From contig DVHZ01000153.1 in NCBI GenBank assembly GCA_018711685.1, positions 5,192 to 69,191 of the forward strand: 64,000 bases of DNA, given 5' to 3'. Below, in pieces: positions 38,180-46,612 of the stretch. Every line of letters starts with the position of its first letter. Positions within the stretch are counted from its first letter, which is position 1. The notes under the pieces were generated by a model that searched no databases, was not told the DNA's origin, and was given only the letters and a program-made list of their open reading frames with translations. The stretch comes from Candidatus Excrementavichristensenella intestinipullorum. Its GTDB lineage: Bacteria > Bacillota > Clostridia > Christensenellales > Aristaeellaceae. Position numbers and translations under genes: made by a program.

Positions 38180-38621
38180 CTATCCTTCACCCCTCAACTT
38201 CTCCCTCCGCTTCTGTTTGGGGCGGATGATGATGGGCATTCTTGCCCAAGATTTTGCTCATCTGGTGCGGTATAATCCTGGTAGAAGTGGAGAGAAACCA
38301 CGTCCTTGTATTTTATATTGGGGCGGAAGGGATAGAACCGCTTCCAGCACCGCTTGTTGTCCGGCGGCAAAAGCGCCGGCTGCTCCAGCAGCGCGTCCAA
38401 GGGCACCGTGCGCCTGGGGTAAAAGCTCTTGAGCATGTCCTTGCAGGCGTTGATGACGGCGCGAATGATCCAGGCCTTTTCCCTCACTTTCAAAGGAAAC
38501 GGAGCTTAGGACATACTTCAAAACACCGTTTGAAATATGTCCTCGGTATCGGCACGGTTCTTCAAATGGACCATGCACAGCCGCCCACGGTATCCGCATA
38601 GCGCTCTACGGCCCTATTCAC
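38180..38621 (-). pseudogene. sigma-70 (ECF-like) family RNA polymerase sigma factor, multiply frameshifted
   Basis: Stitching frames gives (V)NRAVERYADTV/RLCMVHLKNRADTEDIFQTVF/LKYVLSSVSFESE/EKAWIIRAVINACKDMLKSFYPRRTVPLD.../VLEAVLSLPPQYK/DVVSLHFYQDYTAP. These are classic region 2 and region 4 sequences, and at least 5 frame changes are needed, mostly at homopolymers. Confidence 0.65.
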
Positions 38622-38652
38622 CTCTTGCTCCTGGCGTATAGCCCATCCGTCC

Positions 38653-39042
38653 TTATCTGCGGCCGCCCCGGCCCCGGCCCGCGCCGCCCCGGGCGCCGCC
38701 ATTGTAGTTGTCGCACACGCCGTCGCCGTCGGCATCCACATAGTACCTGCCGCCCTGGCCGCAATAATCGCACACCCCGTCGCCGTCGGCGTCCACATAG
38801 TACCCGCAGCCGTCCTGGCCGCAATGGTCGCACACGCCGTCGCCGTCGGCGTCCACATAGTACCCGCAGCCGCCCCGGCCGCAATAGTCGCACACGCCGT
38901 CGCCGTCGGCGTCCACATAACGGCGCATCCCGCTGCCGCCGCGCATACATCCGCGCCCACAGCCCGCCTCCTCCGCCAGCGCGCCCGCTGCCATGGTCAA
39001 AACCAAAATCGCCGCCATCATACCCAGCAAAATCTTTTTCAT
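38653..39042 (-). CDS. small secreted Cys-rich repeat protein with four DxDxDG-CxxC (thrombospondin type-3-like) repeats
   Basis: ATG 39042 follows ACGGAGGATACAGCG. It has a signal peptide (MKKILLGMMAAILVLTMAAGALA), 4 copies of YVDADGDGVCD(Y/H/N)(C/Y) (CxxC in three; the last reads VCDNY) and a Gly/Arg-rich tail. Confidence 0.7.
   Translation of the reverse strand: MKKILLGMMAAILVLTMAAGALAEEAGCGRGCMRGGSGMRRYVDADGDGVCDYCGRGGCGYYVDADGDGVCDHCGQDGCGYYVDADGDGVCDYCGQGGRYYVDADGDGVCDNYNGGARGGAGRGRGGRR
38710..38935. repeat. 57-60-nt tandem DNA repeats (about 3.8 copies) inside the repeat-protein gene
   Basis: Units start at 38710, 38767, 38827 and 38887. Units 2 and 3 are nearly identical. Confidence 0.85.
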
Positions 39043-39352
39043 CGCTGTATCCTCCGTTTTTTTGATCGTCATTGCTGACTTCACTTCTAATACGACCGGC
39101 GCCGGCAAATCCATTCAGAAAAAAACAAAAATCCGCCTGAATTTTGCCGCCGCCCTTTCCCTTCCCGCCTCATTTTTTATTTTTCCCCATTCCGCGTCGA
39201 CTTCCACCCCATTCGTCCCCCCAAAGAGCCCGCCCAGCCAAAAAGAAAAGGCCGCCCAGCCCCGTAAAACCAAGGCTGAACGGCCGCCCAACGCGTGCGC
39301 CGCGGGGGCATTTTCAGAAAGCACCCCCGCGGCGCACTGGAGAGGTCCCGTC

Positions 39353-40144
39353 TCAATCGCCATATTCTTTTCGGAATTGGGCCACGATACCGTGGGCCAG
39401 ATTGGACAGGGCTACTCCATCCGCCATTACGGCGATGTACTGATATCCCCTGTCGTACAAGGCGCGGGCTTTCTCGTAGCCTCCTGCTACGGTGCCCAAG
39501 AACTTGCCGGCAGCCTTGGTCTTTTCCTCGATGGCGGCAATGGCTTCACGCACCTGGGGATGAGCCGGGTCGCCAAAGTGTCCCATGGAGGTGGACAGGT
39601 CCATGGGCCCCACAAAAATGCCGTCAATGCCCTCCACCTGCAGGATCTGGTCCAGGTTGTCCACGCCCTGCTGGGTTTCGATGGCTACCATCAGCATGAT
39701 TTCCTGGTCGGCGTAGGGAAAATAATCCCCGTTGCCCACGCCGTAGCCTTCGGCCCTGGGGCTTCCCGCCACGCCCCGAATGCCCCGGGGCGGATAGAGC
39801 ACCGCCTTCACGGCGGCTTCCGCGTCCTGTTTGGTGCAGACGTAGGGGATGAGCACGCCGTTGGCCCCCGCGTCCAAAATGCGCTTGACGGTTACGAAAT
39901 CGTTCCAGGGCGCCCGGACGAAAGCGTCCACGCCGTAGCCCTTCATGGCCTGCAGCTGGGCGATCAGGGTCATGATGTCTCCCGGGCCGTGCTCCATATC
40001 GATCATCAGCCAATCGAAGCCGGCGCGCCCCAAAATTTCCGCGGTAAAAGGGCTGCCGATCTGCAGCCACGCCCCGGCGGTTTTTTTCCCTTGCTGGATG
40101 CGGTGCTTGGTTCGGGTATAAAATTTTTGTCCGATGGGCAGCAC
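39353..40144 (-). CDS. HpcH/HpaI family 2-keto-3-deoxy-(sugar) acid aldolase
   Basis: GTG start 9 nt after GAGGAG. The 263-aa protein has WLQIGSPFTAEILGRAGFDWLMIDMEHGP and GIFVGPMDLS blocks typical of HpaI/GarL/YfaU aldolases. Confidence 0.85.
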   Translation of the reverse strand: MLPIGQKFYTRTKHRIQQGKKTAGAWLQIGSPFTAEILGRAGFDWLMIDMEHGPGDIMTLIAQLQAMKGYGVDAFVRAPWNDFVTVKRILDAGANGVLIPYVCTKQDAEAAVKAVLYPPRGIRGVAGSPRAEGYGVGNGDYFPYADQEIMLMVAIETQQGVDNLDQILQVEGIDGIFVGPMDLSTSMGHFGDPAHPQVREAIAAIEEKTKAAGKFLGTVAGGYEKARALYDRGYQYIAVMADGVALSNLAHGIVAQFRKEYGD

Positions 40145-40150
40145 GCTCTC

Positions 40151-41230
40151 TCACTCCTCTCCCTGCTCCAGGGGCGTCAGCGGCGCACGCAACCCCTGTT
40201 CCCGCTTGAGCTGCATCAGTTCCTCGTAGGTCTTAATGGGTACCGGAACGCCTGCCGCCCGGCGCTGGGTTTCCCGCTGGTATTCGATCTCCCCGGGCAT
40301 CATGATCTGGCGGTTTGGGTCCCACATGGGGGTTTCCTTGAGGCGGCGGTAATACTCCGCCATGCGTTTTTGCAGTTCATCCCGGTCCATGATCTCGTCC
40401 AGGTCCAGGGCCATCATGAAGTGGCCGGTGAGGCTGGGGTCCTGAGGGTAGGCGTACATGCTCTTCATCTGATGGGAAAATACGCCGCCGGTAATCACGC
40501 CGCACAGGATATCCACCACCTGGGCCAACCCCAACCCCTTGTGATCGCCCATGGGCTGCAGGAAGCCCAAGTGAGCCTTTTCCGGGTCGTCCGTGGGCCG
40601 GCCCTGGTCGTCGGTGGCCCAATCCATGGGGATTTTTTCCTTTTTCTTGATGGCCAAGGTGATCTTGCCTCCGGCCACTTTGGAAAAGGCGATATCCAAG
40701 CAGAAGGGGAAGGGCCCGTAGGTGGGGATGGCGATGGCCAACGGATTGTTGCCCACCACCGGCTTGCTGGCGCCCTGGGCGATTACCAGGGGGAGCACGT
40801 TGGTCATGTTGATACCGATCATGCCCTCCTTGGCCGCCATGCGGGCATACAGCGCCCCCGCGCCGAAGTGGTTGCTGTTGACCACGCCTACCGCCCCCAC
40901 ACCGTGCAGCCGGGCCAGCTTGATGGCCTCCTCCATGGCGGCGCGCCCGGCTATAAACCCGGCGGCAGCGTCGGCATCCATCACCCGCAGCGCCTTGTTC
41001 CCGCGCACGAAGCGCATGTGGGGCTGCACGTGGATGGCGCCGTTGCGCATACGGGCGTAATAAGCGGGCGCCCGCATGACGCCGTGGGAATCGATGCCCC
41101 ACAGGCTGGTATCCACCAGGCAATCGGCGTGGAATGCCGCGTCGGAGCGGGGCATGTCCGCCGTCTCAAACAGTTCCGTCAGCATTTGGCGCAGTTCCCG
41201 GTGATCCACCAATACCACGTTTTTTTCCAT
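40151..41230 (-). CDS. Ldh_2 family (malate/L-lactate/sulfolactate-type) dehydrogenase
   Basis: Ldh_2 blocks are present: GIDSHGV, NSNHFGAGALYA, NNPLAIAIP and GDHKGLGLA. ATG 41230 has better SD spacing than the ATG at 41239. Confidence 0.82.
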   Translation of the reverse strand: MEKNVVLVDHRELRQMLTELFETADMPRSDAAFHADCLVDTSLWGIDSHGVMRAPAYYARMRNGAIHVQPHMRFVRGNKALRVMDADAAAGFIAGRAAMEEAIKLARLHGVGAVGVVNSNHFGAGALYARMAAKEGMIGINMTNVLPLVIAQGASKPVVGNNPLAIAIPTYGPFPFCLDIAFSKVAGGKITLAIKKKEKIPMDWATDDQGRPTDDPEKAHLGFLQPMGDHKGLGLAQVVDILCGVITGGVFSHQMKSMYAYPQDPSLTGHFMMALDLDEIMDRDELQKRMAEYYRRLKETPMWDPNRQIMMPGEIEYQRETQRRAAGVPVPIKTYEELMQLKREQGLRAPLTPLEQGEE

Positions 41231-41244
41231 GGTCATCACCCCCT

Positions 41245-42285
41245 CTATTCGTTGCGCAGCTGGGCAATCAAGGCCAGCGCCTTGGTCCAGGCCTCCTCAA
41301 AGCTGTTGCGGAACAGCACCACCGGGCCAAAATCCTCGTATTCCTCCGGCTGGATAGCGTCCAGGAAGTGGCCCCTGCGGTAGTCTTCCAGCTTCTGCAC
41401 CAGCTCGTCCACCACGTAATCCGGCGTGGGGCGCAGGAAGTTCTCCACCACCACCGGGTCCTGCTGAATCAGCTTATCAGCGGTGCCCTGCCAGTTGATG
41501 GTGACCACGGCGTCGGCGCCCACCATCTCGGTAAAATGGTGCAGGCCCCTGGCGCCTCCGGAGATAAAGCCCATCTCCGGGCAAATGCTCCGGGTCATGT
41601 AGTACGCCTTCTTGCCCACCGACACCCCGGCTTGCCACAGCACATCGGGGGTAATGGAAATGCCGTTTTCCCGCACCACGTTTTTCAGGTGCTCGTCGTA
41701 AATGCCGGCGATATGGGAAAAGTAGATGGGCGCGGGGTGGTCCATCCCCTTGCTGCCCCGCTGGTAAGCCCTGCACACGTCTACCGCTTGGCGCACCGCC
41801 ATGACCTCGGTGGCGTTGATGGGCACCCTTTCCCGCACCAGGATTTCTATAGCCTTGAGCCCTTCCGCCGTGGCGGGTATTTTGGCCATGATATTGGGGC
41901 ATTTGCGGGTGTTGTACCGGGCGCATCGCAGAATGCTCTGGACATCTTCCCGGAAGGGATTGCCCTGGATGCTCACATAGCCCGCTTTCCCCCCCGTGGC
42001 CTCGTAGATGGGCAAAAAGATCTGGGCGATCTTTTCCACCAAGGCGTACTGCAGCTGCACCAGGGCTTCGTTGTCGTCCTTTTCCCGGGCCATGATATCC
42101 CCCAGGATTTCAAGGGCATAGTCCTTTTCCTCGGGATTGGACAGCATCTTCCAGGTATACGCCGGGTTTTGCGTACAGCCGCAGGCCCCTGCCGCGATGG
42201 CTAACCGGGCCTGTTCCCGGGTAACGTTGTTGATCCAAAAGCGCGTGGGCGTTTGCTCCTGAACGCGCTGAAAATAGGTCTTCAT
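41245..42285 (-). CDS. transaldolase family protein
   Basis: ATG 42285 follows GAGGAGGAGAGCAGG. The 346-aa protein carries the Schiff-base lysine block NIMAKIPATAEGLKAIE. The 42286-42744 part of the listed ORF overlaps the lactonase gene. Confidence 0.8.
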   Translation of the reverse strand: MKTYFQRVQEQTPTRFWINNVTREQARLAIAAGACGCTQNPAYTWKMLSNPEEKDYALEILGDIMAREKDDNEALVQLQYALVEKIAQIFLPIYEATGGKAGYVSIQGNPFREDVQSILRCARYNTRKCPNIMAKIPATAEGLKAIEILVRERVPINATEVMAVRQAVDVCRAYQRGSKGMDHPAPIYFSHIAGIYDEHLKNVVRENGISITPDVLWQAGVSVGKKAYYMTRSICPEMGFISGGARGLHHFTEMVGADAVVTINWQGTADKLIQQDPVVVENFLRPTPDYVVDELVQKLEDYRRGHFLDAIQPEEYEDFGPVVLFRNSFEEAWTKALALIAQLRNE

Positions 42286-42299
42286 CCTGCTCTCCTCCT

Positions 42300-43214
42300 C
42301 TACGCTCGGTCGCATGGCCCGGGCAATCCGGGAATTTGGCCTTGTATAGCCAGCACCCGGTTCCCGGCGCAGATCATCAGGGTTTTGCGCTCTTTTCCCC
42401 CAAAGGTAAAATTGGCTACCTGGAAGGGGAAACAGATGCGCCCCAGCATCTGCCCGTCGGGCCTGAACACGTGAATCCCGCCCTGGGCGCAGCAATACAG
42501 GTTGCCCTCCGCGTCCAGCTTCAACCCGTCGGGCGAGCCCGGCCCTTCTCCGCTGGTGCGGGCGAAGAGGCGGCGGTTCTTCAAGGTTCCGTCCGGCTCC
42601 ACATCGTACAGGAAAATCTCCATGGGCTTGGAATCGGCCACATATAATTGCCTTTCGTCCCCGGTAAAGCACAGGCCGTTGGGCGTCTCGCACCGGTCGT
42701 CCAGCAGCGTAAGCTGGCCCTGGGCATAGCGGTATACGCCGCAAAAGGCGAGCTGCCGGCTTCGCTCCACGCCTACCTGAGAGGGATTGCGGCCGAAATA
42801 GGGGTCGGTAAAGTAGATGGAACCGTCGCGGCGTACCACCACGTCGTTGGGGCTGTTGAGTTCCAAGCCCTGATAATGGGACACGACCACTCGATAATTC
42901 TTTCCGTCCCCGTCCCGCCTGGCTATGCGGCTGGCGGCGTGTTCGCAGGTGACGATGTCCCCGTCCGGGGCATAGGCGTTTCCATTGCCCTTATAGCTGT
43001 AGTCCACCAGGCGGTTCAGCCCACCGCCTTCGCTCCAGCGGTACATGGCGTTGCCCGGAATATCGCTGAAGGTCAAGCTCTGGTTCCGGGCGTTCCAAAT
43101 GGGGCCTTCCGTAAAGATCAGCCCGTCCGAAGCGTCCGCGATGACCCGAGGCTCCTGGTCCTCATGGATCATCCGCCCGAAATCCGGATGCTTTGTCTCC
43201 AACCGCAGCGGCAT
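42300..43214 (-). CDS. SMP-30/gluconolactonase/LRE family lactonase
   Basis: ATG 43214 follows AAGGGGGA. The beta-propeller pattern includes TEGPIW, NSPNDVVV..DGSIYFTDP and PNGLCF. Confidence 0.82.
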   Translation of the reverse strand: MPLRLETKHPDFGRMIHEDQEPRVIADASDGLIFTEGPIWNARNQSLTFSDIPGNAMYRWSEGGGLNRLVDYSYKGNGNAYAPDGDIVTCEHAASRIARRDGDGKNYRVVVSHYQGLELNSPNDVVVRRDGSIYFTDPYFGRNPSQVGVERSRQLAFCGVYRYAQGQLTLLDDRCETPNGLCFTGDERQLYVADSKPMEIFLYDVEPDGTLKNRRLFARTSGEGPGSPDGLKLDAEGNLYCCAQGGIHVFRPDGQMLGRICFPFQVANFTFGGKERKTLMICAGNRVLAIQGQIPGLPGPCDRA

Positions 43215-43234
43215 ATCCGTTCCCCCTTTCCCCT

Positions 43235-43725
43235 TTACCGGCCCATTACCGTTACGGGAATATTCAACAGCGCGCACATCTGCTTGATTTCTTCCACGCA
43301 GTCCACGCCTACCCCCGCGATATGGTTGGAATCGAACTGCTCCACGAATTGATCAAAATCCATATCCACCTTTACGTAGGACATGGGCAGCTGATGTTTG
43401 CCCCTGGACTTGGTGAAAGCCCGATGCCGCTCGTCGCTGGGGGTGATCATCCGGCCCTTGATCACGCACATCTTGTATTGGCCGTTGGCCCGGGACAGCC
43501 TGGCCAGGGTTACCGGGCCGGGCGCCGCTGGGCCAGCCCTTGGATGGCCCTCACGCTGCGGGGCAGTTCCTCCTCGTAGACCAGCTCCACCGGCAGTTTT
43601 TTCAGCAGGCCGGTCATCTTGGCGTGGCGGTCGTAGGCGATATCCTTAAACACATTGTTCCACTCGTGCTCCCTGGGGTCTCCGATGGTCATTACGGCAA
43701 TAACCGGTTTGCGTATCGTGCTCAT
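43235..43725 (-). pseudogene. remnant of an L-fucose-isomerase-like sugar isomerase (internal deletion plus frameshift)
   Basis: The N-terminal ~65 aa (MSTIRKPVIAVMTIGDPRE...) are joined out of frame, at about 43500, to a FucI-type C-terminal ~95 aa (GPVTLARLSRANGQYKMCVIKG...SNHIAGVGVDCVEEIKQMCALLNIPV). The several hundred residues normally between them are missing. Confidence 0.5.
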
Positions 43726-43752
43726 GATGCAAGCTCCTTTCCTCGCGCTGCG

Positions 43753-44583
43753 CTATTGGGCGTCCAACGCCTGCAGCCTTTCGTAATCCGCGTCGGTCAC
43801 CGTCTTGTATCCCGGGGTGGGGAAAGCCTGGAAGCTGCGGCCGCCGTCGATGTAGATGGTTTGGCCGAAGATAAAGTCGGAATCCTGGCTGGCCAGGAAC
43901 ACCGCCAGCCTTCCGCATTCGTTGGGCGTACCGATCCGGCCGATGGGAGTGCGGGAGATGATGGTGTCCATCAGCTGATGGTCGTTGCCCACCCGGCGCA
44001 TGAGCTCGGTTTCAATGGGGCCGGGGGCGATGGCGTTTACCTTGATGCCGTATTGGGTCAGGGCAATAGCCTGTACCTTGGTCAGCTGCACGATGCCGCC
44101 CTTGCTCGCGGTATACACCACCTGAGAGTCCAGGCCCAGGTAGGAATTGACGCTGGCCATATTGACGATGGCGCCTCCATGGCCCTTTTCGATCATCTTC
44201 CGGGCGGCGTACTGGCCGCCGAAGAACATCCCGCGCAGGTTGATGTTCATGATCTTGTCGTATTGTTCCGGGGTGATATTCAAGAAATGGGTCTTGGCCG
44301 GGTCGTTAATCCCCGCGTTGGCCATATAAATGTCCAGGTCCCCGAACTGCTCTACTGCCACATCAATGGTATGGCGCAGCATGTCCAGATCGGACACGTC
44401 CTCCTGCACGTACAGCACCTGGGAAAAATCCCGCCGAAGGGAAGCTTCCGCCTCCCTGCCGGTCTGCGGGTCCCGGCCGGTGATGACCACCTTGGCGCCT
44501 TCCTTCAAAAACTCCTGCGCGATGCCAAAGCCTATGCCCTTGGTCCCCCCCGTGACGATAGCCACTTTATCCTTGAGCTTCAT
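43753..44583 (-). CDS. SDR family NAD(P)-dependent oxidoreductase (sugar 1-dehydrogenase-like)
   Basis: Has TGGTKGIG, NAG and the YTASKGG catalytic block. 276 aa. Confidence 0.85.
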   Translation of the reverse strand: MKLKDKVAIVTGGTKGIGFGIAQEFLKEGAKVVITGRDPQTGREAEASLRRDFSQVLYVQEDVSDLDMLRHTIDVAVEQFGDLDIYMANAGINDPAKTHFLNITPEQYDKIMNINLRGMFFGGQYAARKMIEKGHGGAIVNMASVNSYLGLDSQVVYTASKGGIVQLTKVQAIALTQYGIKVNAIAPGPIETELMRRVGNDHQLMDTIISRTPIGRIGTPNECGRLAVFLASQDSDFIFGQTIYIDGGRSFQAFPTPGYKTVTDADYERLQALDAQ

Positions 44584-44677
44584 ATGACGAATACCATCCT
44601 TTCTACAGCGCTGCCCTCTCTCCAGCCTCCCCGCCGGATACGGGCCGGAAGGCCGGCGGCGACCGGCTTTCTCCCCG

Positions 44678-45958
44678 CTAGGCCATTAGGCTGGGGAGCC
44701 ACAGTACGATTTGCGGTACGTAGGTGATTAATACCAGGATTGCCACCATGGCCAGGAAGAACGGGACAAACGCCCGAAGCGTTTCGGTAATGGTGACCTT
44801 GGCGATGCCGCAAGCGATGAACAGGCATACGCCTACCGGCGGCGTGAACATGCCGATGGCCAGCCCCACGATCATCACCACCCCGAAATGCACCGGGTCC
44901 ATGCCGATGGACATGGCGATAGGATAGAGAATGGGGGTGAACAGGGTGATGGCCGCCGCGTTATCCAGCCAGGTTCCGATAAAGAGCAGCAGCAAGAGGA
45001 TAAGGCCCATAATTACGTAGCGGTTGTCCGAAATGGACAGCATGGCCGCGGTAAGTTTTCCGGGGACGCCCAGGCGGGCGAACAGCCACCCCAGGGCGCT
45101 GGTTCCGCCCACCATCAGCACCACCATGCCCACGGTCAGGCTGACCTCCAGCAAAATGCCCGGGATATGGGAAATTTTGAGCTCCTTATAATAGAACACG
45201 CCCAGCAAAAAGATATAGATGACCGCCACCACCGCGGCTTCCGTGGCGGTGAACAGGCCCGCCATAATGCCGCCGATGATGATGACTACGGTCATCATGG
45301 CCGGTACGCCCTTGAGCAGCACCTTCAGCGCCTCTTTCACGGGCAGCCTTTCCTCCCGGGGATAGTTGCGCTTCCTTGCGTAGTGGGCGCATACCGCCAT
45401 CAGCGCCAGGCCTACCAGCACGCCGGGAATCGCCCCGCCCATGAACAGGTCGCCGATGGACACGTTGGCCGCCACGCCGTACAGGATCATGCCGATACTA
45501 GGGGGGATCATCACCCCAATGGTGGAGGAAGTGGCGGTAACCGCCACGGAAAAATCCTTTTCATAGCCACGGTCGATCATGGTGGGGATCAAAATGGCCC
45601 CGATGGAGGCGGTATCCGCTGCGGCGGAACCGGTAATTCCGGCAAAGAACATGCTGGCCACCACGTTCACGTAGGCCAAGCCGCCCCGCAGAAAGCCCAC
45701 CAGCACGCTGGAAAAGTTCAGCAGGTCCCGGGTAATGCCGCCCAGCGCCATAAACCGCCCGGCCAGCATGAACAGGGGCACCGCGATCAAGGTGAAGGAG
45801 TTGGTACTTTCAAAGATCTTTTGCGCCAATACGGAGATATTGAGGTTCCCCGACGTAAAGATGCCGCCAATGGTCGCCAATACCGCCGAAACCGATATGG
45901 GCGTGGAGGTGAGCATCAGTACGAATAAAATGGCAAACGCCACAACCGCTACCGTCAT
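44678..45958 (-). CDS. dctM: TRAP transporter large permease
   Basis: 426-aa polytopic protein with DctM-like sequence. Its start overlaps the dctQ stop by 4 nt. Confidence 0.88.
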   Translation of the reverse strand: MTVAVVAFAILFVLMLTSTPISVSAVLATIGGIFTSGNLNISVLAQKIFESTNSFTLIAVPLFMLAGRFMALGGITRDLLNFSSVLVGFLRGGLAYVNVVASMFFAGITGSAAADTASIGAILIPTMIDRGYEKDFSVAVTATSSTIGVMIPPSIGMILYGVAANVSIGDLFMGGAIPGVLVGLALMAVCAHYARKRNYPREERLPVKEALKVLLKGVPAMMTVVIIIGGIMAGLFTATEAAVVAVIYIFLLGVFYYKELKISHIPGILLEVSLTVGMVVLMVGGTSALGWLFARLGVPGKLTAAMLSISDNRYVIMGLILLLLLFIGTWLDNAAAITLFTPILYPIAMSIGMDPVHFGVVMIVGLAIGMFTPPVGVCLFIACGIAKVTITETLRAFVPFFLAMVAILVLITYVPQIVLWLPSLMA

Positions 45959-46455
45959 TGCTGGCCTTCCTCCTTTTCGTACAGGTCCTCACCGCGCAGC
46001 ACGTCGATCAGCGTAGCGATGGAGTAAATCAAAATCAGCAGGGCGCATACCGGTACCGTTCCATAAAAATACGTGAGGGGAACGCCCAGCACGGAGGAAT
46101 TCTGCCGGGACACCACCTTGAGCAGCGTAGCGCCCGAATACAGCACAGTGCCCGAGAACATCAGCATACACGCTACTACCACGCCGTCAAAGCACTTGCG
46201 CAGCCAGCCCCGGGACTTGCGGTAGAAATAATCGATCCCCAGATGTACGCCCTTGGGAACGGCCAGCGCCGCGCCCAGGAAGCCGTACCAAACGAACATA
46301 AGCCTAGCCAACTCGTCAGTCCAGGTAATGCTGAATCCGGGAATGTACCGCGTGGCGATCTGCACCGCGATGGCCAGCACCATGACCGCGCCCACCGCCA
46401 TGACGATTTTTCCTATCACCAGCGTATAGAACTTATCCACCTTTTTTCTCATCAT
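45955..46455 (-). CDS. dctQ: TRAP transporter small permease
   Basis: 166 aa with 4 predicted TM helices, positioned between dctP and dctM. Confidence 0.82.
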   Translation of the reverse strand: MMRKKVDKFYTLVIGKIVMAVGAVMVLAIAVQIATRYIPGFSITWTDELARLMFVWYGFLGAALAVPKGVHLGIDYFYRKSRGWLRKCFDGVVVACMLMFSGTVLYSGATLLKVVSRQNSSVLGVPLTYFYGTVPVCALLILIYSIATLIDVLRGEDLYEKEEGQQ

Positions 46456-46612
46456 TTTCGGCCCCCTTTTGCCTGCGTAGTCTCCCGCCTATCCCCGTTT
46501 GGGGGTCTTCAGGGCATAAACAATGCTTCCACAATACGATGTACTGTCGATCATGAAAGCATTTTTTCGGCTGCGGCGGGGATGCCGGGGAGACGTCCCC
46601 GCCGCCTGTATA

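Noticed and set aside
38993-41383. 796-aa plus-strand ORF
   Set aside because: It runs antisense to the repeat protein, the HpcH aldolase and the Ldh_2 dehydrogenase. It has no motifs and a GC-skewed amino-acid composition.
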